This document shows, piece after piece, positions 1-9,546 of a DNA stretch of 32,000 nucleotides (within the stretch, counting starts at the first letter, position 1; every line of letters begins with the position of its first letter). The DNA lies in assembly GCA_031288595.1 (NCBI GenBank), contig JAITRB010000007.1:30001-62000 (forward strand), given 5' to 3'. The notes beneath the pieces are model-generated. The model had not been told where the DNA came from and did no database searches. It saw nothing but the letters and a program-made list of their open reading frames with translations. This DNA is from Puniceicoccales bacterium. Lineage in GTDB: Bacteria > Verrucomicrobiota > Verrucomicrobiia > Opitutales > JAIRLG01. Made by a program: the position numbers and the translations under genes.

Positions 1-1000
1 CTTGCGTTTGAGGAGAGAAGTCAGTCACAGCGAAAATCGACAGGCCTAAATCCCGATGGCGGTTCTCCTCATGAGCTCCCTTGAGATTGCAAACATGAAG
101 AATTTAGATGGGATGAATTTTCATCGGAGGAGATCGATTGATGAGCGGAAAAAGGATCCTCCGATAAAGGGAAAGCCGTGGATTTTCGCTCTTGAAGAAT
201 AGGCGCTACAGGACTATCGCGAAAATAGATATGGCTTCGATAAGCCTACCGGCGAAGGAGACGAAGAAAGAACCTAGGGACCGTCTTTTCTCAGTTTTGC
301 GGTCAATCCTATTTTCGGCCCTCCACAGGTGGATCGCCTCCCCATCATGCTGGGTGTAGTGGCTTCGAGGACGTTCCCAGTGGGTGACTGCTTAAATCCG
401 CTGAGAATAGGACGATTTCCCAAAAATAAGGACCACAGGGTATAGGCCTTTCATAGGGAGGAGTTTTTTTTCTTCCGGAGTACTGACAGAAGAAGGACAT
501 AACGATCCGTCCGCAGGCGGCCTTCTCCTTTACCCACATCACGCGGTTTGCGCCGATGGCGAGGCTCTATCACGCAGCGCGTCCGCTCTGCCGCAAAAGG
601 GTGCCTTGGATCGATGAGGAAAAGGACATCCCGAATGCTCGGGACTATGAGTAGCCTCGACGATATTCAGAGACTTTTATTGACCTAATAGGAATCCGCA
701 ATGGTGGATCTCAGCTTCATCGCCGCTTCCATCGAAGCGGAAGTGACCGGTGAGTAGAAAACGTGTTGGGGAAGCGACCCAAGCGATCCTCGCGTCGCTA
801 TGGTCGGCCTAGCTTCCGCTCGATTGCCTGCCTACATGGCTGCCAATCCCTTCGGCGGAAATAAGAGGCGGGGCGGACGGGTCTTAATGTCCATCTCCGC
901 TTTGGGAGACTAGGAATGCATGATCTGGGCGTCTATTTCCTCCTCCACGGCAGCAGCCTGCAAGACGTTGGCACTCGATCTGGGCTCTGTCCATATAGGC
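1..1000. other. ORF-poor, lower-GC stretch; possible decayed gene remnant(s)
   Basis: No ORF longer than 65 aa in any frame in the track, against near-complete coding density elsewhere. Hand-translated frames give short plausible peptides broken by stops. The 60-nt lines I counted are about 40-52% GC. I recognise no RNA-gene motif (tmRNA, RNase P, SRP). Confidence 0.35.
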
Positions 1001-1001
1001 G

Positions 1002-1319
1002 ATGATCTCACGAATTATACCCATACATCCCCCTATGCCTGATCTTGAACCGAATCACGATCGGCCAGTGCTGCCAGACGGCGATTCCCCTAAGCACTTC
1101 AATCTCTACGGCGAGCGCCTCGATGCCGGTCCGATGGAAAATTGGGAACAAACGCTTGACGGAAGAAGCGCGGAGCAGTTGGCAAAATTGGGAAAAATTT
1201 TGGCTAAGACTGTGTTGGAGGATGAGGCCGACAGCGTTTTTCTGAAAAAAGTAGGTTTCCCTAGAAACGGGAAAATGTGGAGGAGCGAGCAGGACGAACG
1301 GATCATTGCAGCTACTTGA
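1002..1319 (+). CDS. hypothetical small protein (doubtful; may be a gene fragment)
   Basis: 105-aa ORF with balanced, non-repetitive composition. It is fully overlapped by a 118-aa ORF on the other strand, has no motif I recognise, and sits at the edge of the ORF-poor stretch. Confidence 0.25.
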   Translation: MISRIIPIHPPMPDLEPNHDRPVLPDGDSPKHFNLYGERLDAGPMENWEQTLDGRSAEQLAKLGKILAKTVLEDEADSVFLKKVGFPRNGKMWRSEQDERIIAAT

Positions 1320-1360
1320 GCCGCAGGCAGCGGAGGCAATTCTTGGGAGAATTGGGGTCC

Positions 1361-2779
1361 TCAACTCCGGCGGAGATGCTGGTTGGCGATGGAGATGCCG
1401 CTCAGCATAGAGCCGATGATGCCGAGATAGCCCTGGTCGGTCCCGCAGAGCTGGAGGCCTTCGAAGGGCAGCTGTCCGCTGAAAACCTTGTGCGGCGTGC
1501 CGTAGATCGCGCCGTTGATATGGCCGGTGAAGCGCTCAAAGGTGTAAGGGGTAAAGGCATCGAGGTCCAGCAACTGAGGGGTTTTGACCTCGGCTGAGGG
1601 ATGGAGGAAGCGGAGGATGCTTTGGGCCTTTTCGAACAGAGCATGCGCCTGCTCCCGCTTGGCCTGGGCATAAGCTTCGGGCCCTTCATCGGCCAGGATT
1701 GCCTTCCAACGGGTCGCATTGGCCAGTTGGGTGATGCGCAGAATGCCTTCGGGCAGGCGGCGGTCGAGGCCATAGCGGTAGTTGTTGGGCAAACAGAGGA
1801 GGCCGGAAGAGGGCCCGACCAGGCCCGTGGGTTGGCGGTAGTGGAAGCGCTCCTGCTCTTCGAAGAAGACGATCGTATCGTCCCAGCCGAGTTCGCGAGG
1901 CTCCTCCTTGAGAACGGCGATGGACTCGCAGAAGGCGAGCTTTCCTGCGGAGGCCAGGGCCGCGTCTCCCTGGCCGCAGAGCCGCATCGTCTCGACGTAA
2001 CCGATGCTGGAGAGAATGTGCTCGGCCGCCAGGTAGGAACCGTCCTGCAAGATGAGACCGCGTACCTTTTTCTCCTGAATGTCGATGCTCTCGACAGCGC
2101 AGCGCATCCGCCGCTCCCCGCCCAGTTCCCGGAAACGCTGAGTCAGAAGGCGCAGGATGCGCCGGATTCCCTCGAAGGGCCGGGCGAAGCCTTCCAGGAA
2201 AATCGAGCGGAAGAGGATGGAAAAACTCGGCCAATCGATGTCATCCTCCCTAGAACCGCCGTAGAAGAGAATCGGCATCAGCAAAATGTCCTCCAGGCGC
2301 GGGCATTGCAGCTGCTCCTCGAGGATTTTTCTTGCCGAGACAAAGGACTCCAAGGGCTGGAATTCCTCCTGACGGATTCGGATGAGCAGTTGGAGAAAGG
2401 CATCGATGCGCTGGGGAAATTGCTCTGCCACCTGCTGCTCGAAGCAGGAGAAATCATTCGTGAAGCAGAGTACCTGGCCTCCAATGAGGATGCGGGAAAT
2501 GTTCTGTTCGCAAAGATCGAAGAGCTCGCGGGTGATGCGGAGCTGGCGCAGGATCCGGTTGAGCGGAGAGTGTTGGATCCCCTGACGGACGAAGTTAGTA
2601 ACCGCGTGCAGGCCGACGTCGAACTTGCGGCCGAGTCGGCTGTAGAAACTATTCAGCCCACCCACGAGATGGTGCTTTTCGAGGATCAGGACGCGCTTGC
2701 CGTACTGGGCGAGCCGGATGCCAGCTGCCAGACCGGACATGCCTGCGCCGATGATGACGGAATGATAGTTCTTATCCAC
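1361..2779 (-). CDS. NAD(P)/FAD-dependent oxidoreductase (phytoene-desaturase/amine-oxidase-like family)
   Basis: 472 aa. The N-terminal dinucleotide-binding fingerprint is VIIGAGMSGLAAGIRLAQYGKRVLILEK followed by GG. Length and layout are typical of CrtI-like flavoproteins. Substrate cannot be assigned. Confidence 0.85.
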   Translation of the reverse strand: MDKNYHSVIIGAGMSGLAAGIRLAQYGKRVLILEKHHLVGGLNSFYSRLGRKFDVGLHAVTNFVRQGIQHSPLNRILRQLRITRELFDLCEQNISRILIGGQVLCFTNDFSCFEQQVAEQFPQRIDAFLQLLIRIRQEEFQPLESFVSARKILEEQLQCPRLEDILLMPILFYGGSREDDIDWPSFSILFRSIFLEGFARPFEGIRRILRLLTQRFRELGGERRMRCAVESIDIQEKKVRGLILQDGSYLAAEHILSSIGYVETMRLCGQGDAALASAGKLAFCESIAVLKEEPRELGWDDTIVFFEEQERFHYRQPTGLVGPSSGLLCLPNNYRYGLDRRLPEGILRITQLANATRWKAILADEGPEAYAQAKREQAHALFEKAQSILRFLHPSAEVKTPQLLDLDAFTPYTFERFTGHINGAIYGTPHKVFSGQLPFEGLQLCGTDQGYLGIIGSMLSGISIANQHLRRS

Positions 2780-2967
2780 GCTTTCGCGGTGAGGAAAACT
2801 CTACGACGCCGGGAGAGAGAAATCAAGGCAGAAAGCGATGGAGAGGCGTGGAGATGTGGGAAATTTCCCCTCAACCCTCTTCGGGGACGGATCTGGGTGT
2901 CGAGAGCGGAGTCGAGCGTGGAGTGGACCGGGGGAATAAGGGGTTTGAGGATTGTTGGCGATTTGTC

Positions 2968-3068
2968 GGCTGCCGCCTTTGGTGCGGAGGGACGAGGCGG
3001 AAGCGCCTCGCCTCTCCGCACGGCCCGCGGAGCGGGCTGGAAGCCGAAGGCTTCCAAAGGCGGCGGCC
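2968..3068 (-). repeat. cloverleaf-type intergenic palindromic element, copy C (subfamily C/D)
   Basis: Closing stem 2968-2982 / 3054-3068 (14-15 bp, one G-U). It encloses a 17-bp hairpin (2983-3020, one mismatch and one G-U), an 8-bp hairpin cggcccgc-gga-gcgggctg (3021-3039) and the 6-bp/3-nt-loop hairpin gaagcc-gaa-ggcttc (3040-3054). Read on the minus strand the order is short-medium-long, as in the other copies. It lies 40 nt downstream of the recJ stop. Confidence 0.8.
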
Positions 3069-3108
3069 CAGGGATGCTTGAAGAAATCCTGGGCTGGAGT
3101 GGAATGGA

Positions 3109-4833
3109 TCAGGAGCTGGAGAGCTTCCAGTCGAGCAGCTCGCTGCGGACGGAACGGCGGCCCTGCCAGGATTCCCTCAAGAGACGGATGGCCAGGTCGA
3201 GCGAGCGCTTGGCGGGGGGGATCCTTCGGGCACCGTTCCAGTAGAGGCAGGGGAATGGGTCCTGTGCCTCACGCTTCAAGAGGAGCCGAAGGTGCTTTTT
3301 GTTCTTCCCAAATGGCTCGGCTGCCCTGTCGAGAAAGACCTGCTTCAGGGCGAAAATGGGCTCCGGATTGTCCTGACCGAAGGGGCGCAGGTTTTCCAAG
3401 TCCACCAGAAATGGCCCGTCGATGTCGTCCAATGAAAGGGTTTGGGTGATGAGCAGCTCATCCCCCTCTCTCGAAAACTTTTGCCGAAATGTCCGAACGG
3501 ATTCCTGAAAGGCTTTTTGGAAGAGCGGAACATTTTCCGGTTTGAGGGAAATGCCCACTGCCAGGGGATGGCCACCCCAGGATTCCAGCAAGGACGCACA
3601 GGGGCTCAGGATTTCGATCAGGTTGTAGCCCGCCACGCTGCGGCCAGAGCCCTTGGCTAGCCCGCGTTCCTCGCCGAGGACGATGCAGGGCCGGCGGTAG
3701 TTGCGGGCGAACTTGCCGCAGACGATACCGACGATGCCGGAGTGCCAGGCCGGGTTGGAAAAAAATATCCCGGGCAATTCTTCGCTTTGCCGGAAGAGCT
3801 CCTCCGCTTCGGCCAGAATCGCCCGCTCGATTCGCTGCCGCTCGGCGTTCATCTCGTCCAGGCTCTGGGCGAGGAGCCTCGCTTCCTCAGAATTTTCGGC
3901 GAGGAGCATCTGGACCGGTATGACCGCATCGGCCAGGCGACCACTGGCATTGATCCGTGGGCCGAGCTTGAAGGAAATGTCCTCCGGAGCGGCAGACTGA
4001 GATTCCGGTATCTGGGCGACGCGGCAGAGGGCCTCGATGCCCGGGCGCCGCTTGCAGGCGAATTCGTTCAGGCCGTAATGGGCCAGAATGCGGTTTTCCC
4101 CAAGCAGTGGGACGAGGTCGGCGATCGTTCCCATGGCGACCAGGTCCAGCTCCTGGCGGATCGAATAGCTCAGGGCGCAGGGATCCTTCTGGGCTCGCAG
4201 GTGTTTAAAAAAACCATGGATGAGCTTGAAGACCAGTCCGGCGCTGCAGAGGGAGAGCCAGGACGGATGGGCCGCCGCATCGAAGATATGGGGATTGACA
4301 AGGATGCAGTCCGCTGGCAGGGCATCGTTGGACTGATGGTGATCCAGGATCAGGACATCGATGCCTGCGGCCCGCAGGCACCGTACCTGTTCGACCGCAT
4401 TGGTGCCGCAGTCCAGGGCTATGAGCAGGCGCGGCGAGGATTTCTGTCGCAGGCGCTCGATGATTTCATCTGACATCCCGTAGCCCTCGGTGAAACGCCG
4501 AGGGATGAAGTACTGCGGCTCTAGGCCGCAGTGCCGTAGCAGGCGGACGAGCAGGGTAACGCTGGTGACGCCGTCGACGTCGTAATCGCCGATGATGCTG
4601 ATGGGCCAGTGCTCCCGGATGGCGCACTCCAGCAGATCGACCGCCTCCCGCAGATGGGTGATGGCGAAGGGATCGGTGAGCTGGGAGAGGCGGGGATGGA
4701 GAAAGTCTTCCGCCTCCTGCGGCGTCCGAATTCCTCGGGTGCTCAGGATTCTGGCGATGATAGGGTGGATAGAACGCTGGCCATAGAGCTTCGCTGCCTT
4801 TTCCTCACTCACCTTCAACCATCGCCAGTTCAC
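3109..4833 (-). CDS. recJ: single-stranded-DNA-specific exonuclease RecJ
   Basis: 574 aa with DHH-family motifs (GDYDVDGVTS, LILDHHQS) and a DHHA1-type region (GGHPLAVG). The GTG start overlaps the secDF stop by 4 nt (GTGA), consistent with translational coupling. Confidence 0.95.
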   Translation of the reverse strand: MNWRWLKVSEEKAAKLYGQRSIHPIIARILSTRGIRTPQEAEDFLHPRLSQLTDPFAITHLREAVDLLECAIREHWPISIIGDYDVDGVTSVTLLVRLLRHCGLEPQYFIPRRFTEGYGMSDEIIERLRQKSSPRLLIALDCGTNAVEQVRCLRAAGIDVLILDHHQSNDALPADCILVNPHIFDAAAHPSWLSLCSAGLVFKLIHGFFKHLRAQKDPCALSYSIRQELDLVAMGTIADLVPLLGENRILAHYGLNEFACKRRPGIEALCRVAQIPESQSAAPEDISFKLGPRINASGRLADAVIPVQMLLAENSEEARLLAQSLDEMNAERQRIERAILAEAEELFRQSEELPGIFFSNPAWHSGIVGIVCGKFARNYRRPCIVLGEERGLAKGSGRSVAGYNLIEILSPCASLLESWGGHPLAVGISLKPENVPLFQKAFQESVRTFRQKFSREGDELLITQTLSLDDIDGPFLVDLENLRPFGQDNPEPIFALKQVFLDRAAEPFGKNKKHLRLLLKREAQDPFPCLYWNGARRIPPAKRSLDLAIRLLRESWQGRRSVRSELLDWKLSSS

Positions 4834-7361
4834 TGTCCATCGCTCCTTTCAGGGCATGGGTCCACTTCCATCTTCGACTTGTTCGGGAGCAGTTCATGGG
4901 TCTCCACATGCCGCCGATCTCCCCGATGCCAGCCGTAGAGAATCGGGGTGGCGGTGAAGATGGAGGAGAATGTCCCGACGATGATGCCGAGGCTGAAGAT
5001 CAGCGCGAGGTCCCGAACGACGCCCAGGCCAAAGCAGAGTAGGGTCAGCGACGACAGCAGCGTGGTGGCACTGGTCAGCAATGTGCGGGAGAGGGTGCGG
5101 TTGATAGCTAAATTGATGACCTCGTAGAGCGAGAGAAATGGATTGAGCCTGAGCTCTTCACGAATGCGGTCGAAGATGATGATCTTATCGTTGATGGTGT
5201 AGCCGATGGTCATGAGAATAGCGGCGATCATCGGGGCCGAGAACTGGCGGCCCAGCAGCACGTACAGGCCGATTGTGATCCAGGCATCGTGGAATGTCGA
5301 CAGCACCGCACCGATCCCATAGCCCATTTCGAAGCGGAAGGCGATGTAGATCAGAATGCCGACGAGAGCGAGGGCCACCGATAGCAACGCGTTCCAGCGC
5401 AGGGATTGGCTGACCGAGGCCCCGATGCTGCTCTCACGGATGAGACTGAGCTGGGCATCCGGATACTGATTCTGCAGGGCCTGGACGATGGGACGGCCCT
5501 GCCCCACTTCGGTTTGAATTCTCAGAACTTCCGTCGCCTCGCCGATGGCACTCTGGTAGGTCGGAATCACCTCGCCTAGTTTTTCCGAGTCCGCTACGGA
5601 CTGAATCTCGCGCAGACTCAGCTTCTGCCCGAACTGCAGCAGCACCTCATCGCCGCCGCGAAAATCGATGCCGTAGGCATGGCCACCGCGGAGGAGCATG
5701 GCAAAGGAACCTGCCAACAGAAGGGCGATGGACAGGATATAGGCCGGCTTGCGTAAGCGGAGAAAATCCCAGGACGTAGCGGGAATCCAGGCCGGTGGGA
5801 CGAGCTGCTTCCAGCCAGCAGCAATACCGAGCTCCATCAGAAATCGGCTGCTGAAAAGGGCACAGAACATCGTGGCGAAGAAGCCGATGGCCAGGATGAC
5901 CCCGAAGCCACGCACTGGCCCCGTGCCGAGCCAGATGAGAATTGTGGCCGTGAGCAGCGAGGTCAGGTTGGAATCGAGAATGCTCGTGAGTACCCGCCGA
6001 TAACCCTCCTGCAGGGCTTGCAAGGCCTGTTTCCCTCGCCGCAACTCCTCCCGAATGCGCTCCAAAATAAGGATATTGGCATCGACTCCCATCCCGATGG
6101 TCAGGATCAGGGCCGCGATGCCGGGCAGGGTCAGGGTGGCCCCGATGTGGGCCATGATGCCCAGCACCAGAAGGGCATTGATGCCCAGGGCAAGAACGGC
6201 GATGAAACCGGCGAATCGGTAGTAGATCGTCATGAAGAGGATGACAATGCCGATGCCGACTAGAGAGGCCCGGATCGAATTGCTGCGCGCGTCATCGGCC
6301 AGCGAGGGCCTGATTTCGTTGAGTTCCACCACGTGCATCGCGAATTCCAGCGGATTGTTGAGGACATTGCTCAGCTCAAATGCCTCCCGTTGGGAAAAAT
6401 CTCCCGAAATACTCGCCTGGCCGCCCTCGATTTCCTGCCGGATAACCGGCGCCGAGTAAGGCTTGCCGTCGAGGACGATGGCCAGCTGATGGCCGACATG
6501 ACGGCGGGTGACCTCGGCAAAGCGCTCCCGGCCCTCGGCGGTCATGCTTAGGCTGATCTCATAGCCGCCATAGGCATTGGTCATCACCTGGGCGCTCTGG
6601 ACGGATTTCCCGGTCATCTCCGGAACGCGCTTGATGAAATAAGGGAGCTTCTGTATCTGACCTGTCTTGTGATCTTCCCGTTCTAGAGCGAGCAGTTCAT
6701 AGCCCAACGGCGGGGTATCGGAAAAGCTTGTGGGGTGCTGCTGCGGATGGACGAGGCGGAACTCTAGTTTGGCTGGTTTCTTGAGGACATCGATGACCTC
6801 AGGGTTATCCTTGGTGGAAATGCCCGGGAGTTGAATCTCGATCTGGCGCTCGCCGCGGGCCCGCAGAATGGGCTCCGTAACGCCCAGACCGTCGATGCGC
6901 CGAGACATAATCTCGATGGCCTTGGCGAGAGGCATTTCCGTCCGCACACCGGAGGAATGTGCCTGCTCGTCGATTTCCAAGACGAAGGATACCCCACCGG
7001 CCAGGTCGAGACCTCGGGGAAGGGAGCTCTGGCATTCTTTCAACAGGGTGCGGAGCAGAAGGCCGTTGCGCCGCTCGACGTTCTTGAGGTCACCGAGCCG
7101 GATGTCTGGGAAAAACTTAGCCAGATCGACCTCCTCCTCCTGGGCTAGGCGCTGAAGGGCGAGATAGAGCGTGGAATCATGCCCTACAGCCACTTCCTCC
7201 TGGGCCCGTCGGAGCAGGATTTGAAATCCCTCCGCTTCTGCCCTAGCGCGATGCTGGATGAAGTCGTCGAACGGTCGTGAGCGCAGAGGCCGGAGGCTAT
7301 ACCCAGACCACAGCGCGATGAGAAGGGAAAAAATACCCTTGAGCCAGAGAGATCTTTTCAT
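4830..7361 (-). CDS. secDF: protein translocase subunit SecDF (fused SecD-SecF)
   Basis: 843 aa with an N-terminal TM helix, a large periplasmic domain, then two blocks of six TM helices with SecD- and SecF-type conserved segments (GIDFRGG, TINDKIIIFDRIRE). It sits downstream of yajC as in the canonical yajC-secD-secF arrangement. Confidence 0.95.
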   Translation of the reverse strand: MKRSLWLKGIFSLLIALWSGYSLRPLRSRPFDDFIQHRARAEAEGFQILLRRAQEEVAVGHDSTLYLALQRLAQEEEVDLAKFFPDIRLGDLKNVERRNGLLLRTLLKECQSSLPRGLDLAGGVSFVLEIDEQAHSSGVRTEMPLAKAIEIMSRRIDGLGVTEPILRARGERQIEIQLPGISTKDNPEVIDVLKKPAKLEFRLVHPQQHPTSFSDTPPLGYELLALEREDHKTGQIQKLPYFIKRVPEMTGKSVQSAQVMTNAYGGYEISLSMTAEGRERFAEVTRRHVGHQLAIVLDGKPYSAPVIRQEIEGGQASISGDFSQREAFELSNVLNNPLEFAMHVVELNEIRPSLADDARSNSIRASLVGIGIVILFMTIYYRFAGFIAVLALGINALLVLGIMAHIGATLTLPGIAALILTIGMGVDANILILERIREELRRGKQALQALQEGYRRVLTSILDSNLTSLLTATILIWLGTGPVRGFGVILAIGFFATMFCALFSSRFLMELGIAAGWKQLVPPAWIPATSWDFLRLRKPAYILSIALLLAGSFAMLLRGGHAYGIDFRGGDEVLLQFGQKLSLREIQSVADSEKLGEVIPTYQSAIGEATEVLRIQTEVGQGRPIVQALQNQYPDAQLSLIRESSIGASVSQSLRWNALLSVALALVGILIYIAFRFEMGYGIGAVLSTFHDAWITIGLYVLLGRQFSAPMIAAILMTIGYTINDKIIIFDRIREELRLNPFLSLYEVINLAINRTLSRTLLTSATTLLSSLTLLCFGLGVVRDLALIFSLGIIVGTFSSIFTATPILYGWHRGDRRHVETHELLPNKSKMEVDPCPERSDGQ

Positions 7362-7463
7362 GGTGTTTTTTTACACTGGAACAAATGCTCCCCTGTCGCC
7401 TCGCCGGATCTCTCCCCCCTGTCGAGCTTTTCATCCGCTCCTCCCTTGGGCTGGATTTTTATC

Positions 7464-7880
7464 TCATCTCTGCGCCCGCGTTCCCTCTGGTGGGGATCCA
7501 GAAGCCCTTTCCGCTTGCTGCGACAGCTTGCACTGAACGGAGGCTTTGTGGATCTCGATCTTCACGTTATCGGCGATTTTGATGACGAAACGATCCGGTC
7601 GGACGGAGACGATACTGGCATAGATCCCGGCGCTGGTCAGGATCTCGTCGCCGCTCTTCAGCTCCTGGAGCATTTGGGCGTGCTGCTTCTGTCGCTTGCG
7701 CTGGGGCGCGATCATCAGGAACCACATGCCGGCAAAGAGCAGGAGGAAGATGAGAATGGAAATGCCTCCGTTCGGCGCTGCGACCGGTACTTCCGAAATG
7801 ACCAGATGGAGATGCTTCAATCCTCTCATGCTTTGGGGAAAGCAAGGACAATCATTGCTCGAGCGCAAGAAATTTGTCAT
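7464..7880 (-). CDS. yajC: preprotein translocase subunit YajC
   Basis: A single TM helix is followed by the conserved YajC core (MIAPQRKRQKQHAQMLQELKSGDEILTSAGIYASIVSV). The gene lies immediately upstream of secDF. The start is uncertain: the internal ATG at 7829 gives a more typical 121-aa protein. Confidence 0.85.
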   Translation of the reverse strand: MTNFLRSSNDCPCFPQSMRGLKHLHLVISEVPVAAPNGGISILIFLLLFAGMWFLMIAPQRKRQKQHAQMLQELKSGDEILTSAGIYASIVSVRPDRFVIKIADNVKIEIHKASVQCKLSQQAERASGSPPEGTRAQR

Positions 7881-8023
7881 ACAGAGTCCTGATGCGAGGA
7901 ATAAAAAGAGATCTCCTCCTCTCCTGCCCTACAAGCTCGCTATCCATTGACTGCTTTCTGTTGCTTGCGGTTTAGTGAAGATTCATTACCCTTCAACAGT
8001 GGCCTGAAGTGGAGTAGGATTAT

Positions 8024-9454
8024 ATGGGTGGGGTTAAGATAGAGAGGATGGTTCAGCTTCCATCGGGAATGTCCGCTGGAGGGTCCAATAGCCTGGGAGT
8101 TCTTCAGAAAAGTGGGCATCAATTTTTTAAGCTATCCGATTTAGCGGAATCTGGACCTATTCAGCAGGGTAGTGCTAGCTCTGGGGCTAGTGCTGCGGGT
8201 TATGCAGGAACAGTTCAGAACATCAGGGACGAAATCCTGGATTCCGTGAGGTCGCGATCTCTGATGGATCGTATACGTGATCCCCGTAATCATGCGGCGA
8301 AGACCCAGATCCTGCAGCTGGTACAACTATCCGCGAGGGAAAATCGAGAGGCAAATGCTGCAAATGCCTTGATATCGCTTATGCACGATACGGGTGCGAG
8401 GCCTCTTGTTACCAGTGCCTTGGCATCTGCCATGGGTAGCGCCCCATGGGTAGCCGAGCGCAATACAAAAATAGCGAGTGGTGTGTTGAATACGGATACT
8501 CTGGCCGCCGATGCAGCCCGGTTTTACGGCATGCTGGACAATCGCTCTCGGGATGGCGTTGATTTCAGACAAGCTTTCCAAAAAACCTTTTCCCAGCTTG
8601 GAAATCATGGAGTACTTAAGGACGGCAATTCCTCCTTCTGGAAAGCCATGAGTGGCTTGGAGCCACAGGAACGTCTTCAATTCCTCCAGATGACGAAAGC
8701 GTGTGGTGTTCAGGAGAGTTTTGAGCTTGCTCCCAGAGATTTGATGCTAGGTAAATTGGGCGTAAAAGCGGGAAGTGAGAAACCTTGGGATGCCATGCTG
8801 CAGGTGCAGTTGATAAAGGTCGGGGCTCGACAGATAGCGAGTTATCGAGACTTGGAGACTCAAATCCTAATCCCCATAGGGAACGTGCATAGAAGTGAAT
8901 CTGGAGTAGCTACTGCCGTGGCACACCTGAGAAACGCTGGGAGCCGAAATGATGCCTTACAGCGTTTATCAGCTGTAAGTACGCAAATAGAGGCATTGCG
9001 AGGAGCTATGGCAAGCCTACCTGAAGATTCATTTGTGGCAGGTGTGCAGCGTGCATTTAAGGAGCGTGCCGAAATTTTGGGCGAACAGCGGACCTTTTTG
9101 ACTTCTGATAGACCGTGCGCGCAGATGATTGAGCAGATGCAGCGGCGGACGCTCGAGGCTCTGAGGGGGATGTACCGTTTTATTCCTTATGCAGCAGGAG
9201 GAAAGGACCTTAGATATCCCAATTTGGAGGCGCGTTATAGGGGCACTTCTCCTAGCAGTAAATCGATCCCAGATCAACTGGCTGAGGCCATACAGAATAT
9301 CAGAAGCAATATCGATACGAAATCAACTTCGGGGCCAGGGAACAGTGGCTTTGGGGAGTATGAGGCGAGTCGCATTAGGGTATTTTTGAAAAAAGCAGAA
9401 GAGATCTTAAATCTCTCCCCAGAAGATGTGTCGTCAGCCGTAAGTAATACCTGA
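8024..9454 (+). CDS. hypothetical protein, compositionally atypical orphan
   Basis: 476-aa uninterrupted ORF with GGAG about 11 nt upstream of the ATG. No signal peptide or TM segment. It has a Ser/Gly/Ala-rich N-terminus and then a helical-looking sequence. The lines I counted average about 50% GC with many A/T-ending codons, unlike the flanking genes. No family recognised. Confidence 0.7.
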   Translation: MGGVKIERMVQLPSGMSAGGSNSLGVLQKSGHQFFKLSDLAESGPIQQGSASSGASAAGYAGTVQNIRDEILDSVRSRSLMDRIRDPRNHAAKTQILQLVQLSARENREANAANALISLMHDTGARPLVTSALASAMGSAPWVAERNTKIASGVLNTDTLAADAARFYGMLDNRSRDGVDFRQAFQKTFSQLGNHGVLKDGNSSFWKAMSGLEPQERLQFLQMTKACGVQESFELAPRDLMLGKLGVKAGSEKPWDAMLQVQLIKVGARQIASYRDLETQILIPIGNVHRSESGVATAVAHLRNAGSRNDALQRLSAVSTQIEALRGAMASLPEDSFVAGVQRAFKERAEILGEQRTFLTSDRPCAQMIEQMQRRTLEALRGMYRFIPYAAGGKDLRYPNLEARYRGTSPSSKSIPDQLAEAIQNIRSNIDTKSTSGPGNSGFGEYEASRIRVFLKKAEEILNLSPEDVSSAVSNT

Positions 9455-9546
9455 AGGCAAATCTCCGCGAGAAAAATTCTTTCGAAATAAGGACCCTAGC
9501 GCTAGATCCAGGGATCTGTAACTCTGGCTGTGCCCAGATTTTATTT

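Noticed and set aside
1601-3244. 547-aa plus-strand ORF
   Set aside because: It runs antisense across the well-supported FAD oxidoreductase gene and through repeat copy C. The composition is low complexity and Ala/Gly/Arg/Glu-rich, typical of shadow ORFs in high-GC DNA.
8024-9454. Idea that the orphan protein is a secreted type III effector, based on its Ser/Gly-rich N-terminus
   Set aside because: There are no secretion-system genes in the window and the N-terminal composition alone is not diagnostic. I kept it only as a hypothetical protein.
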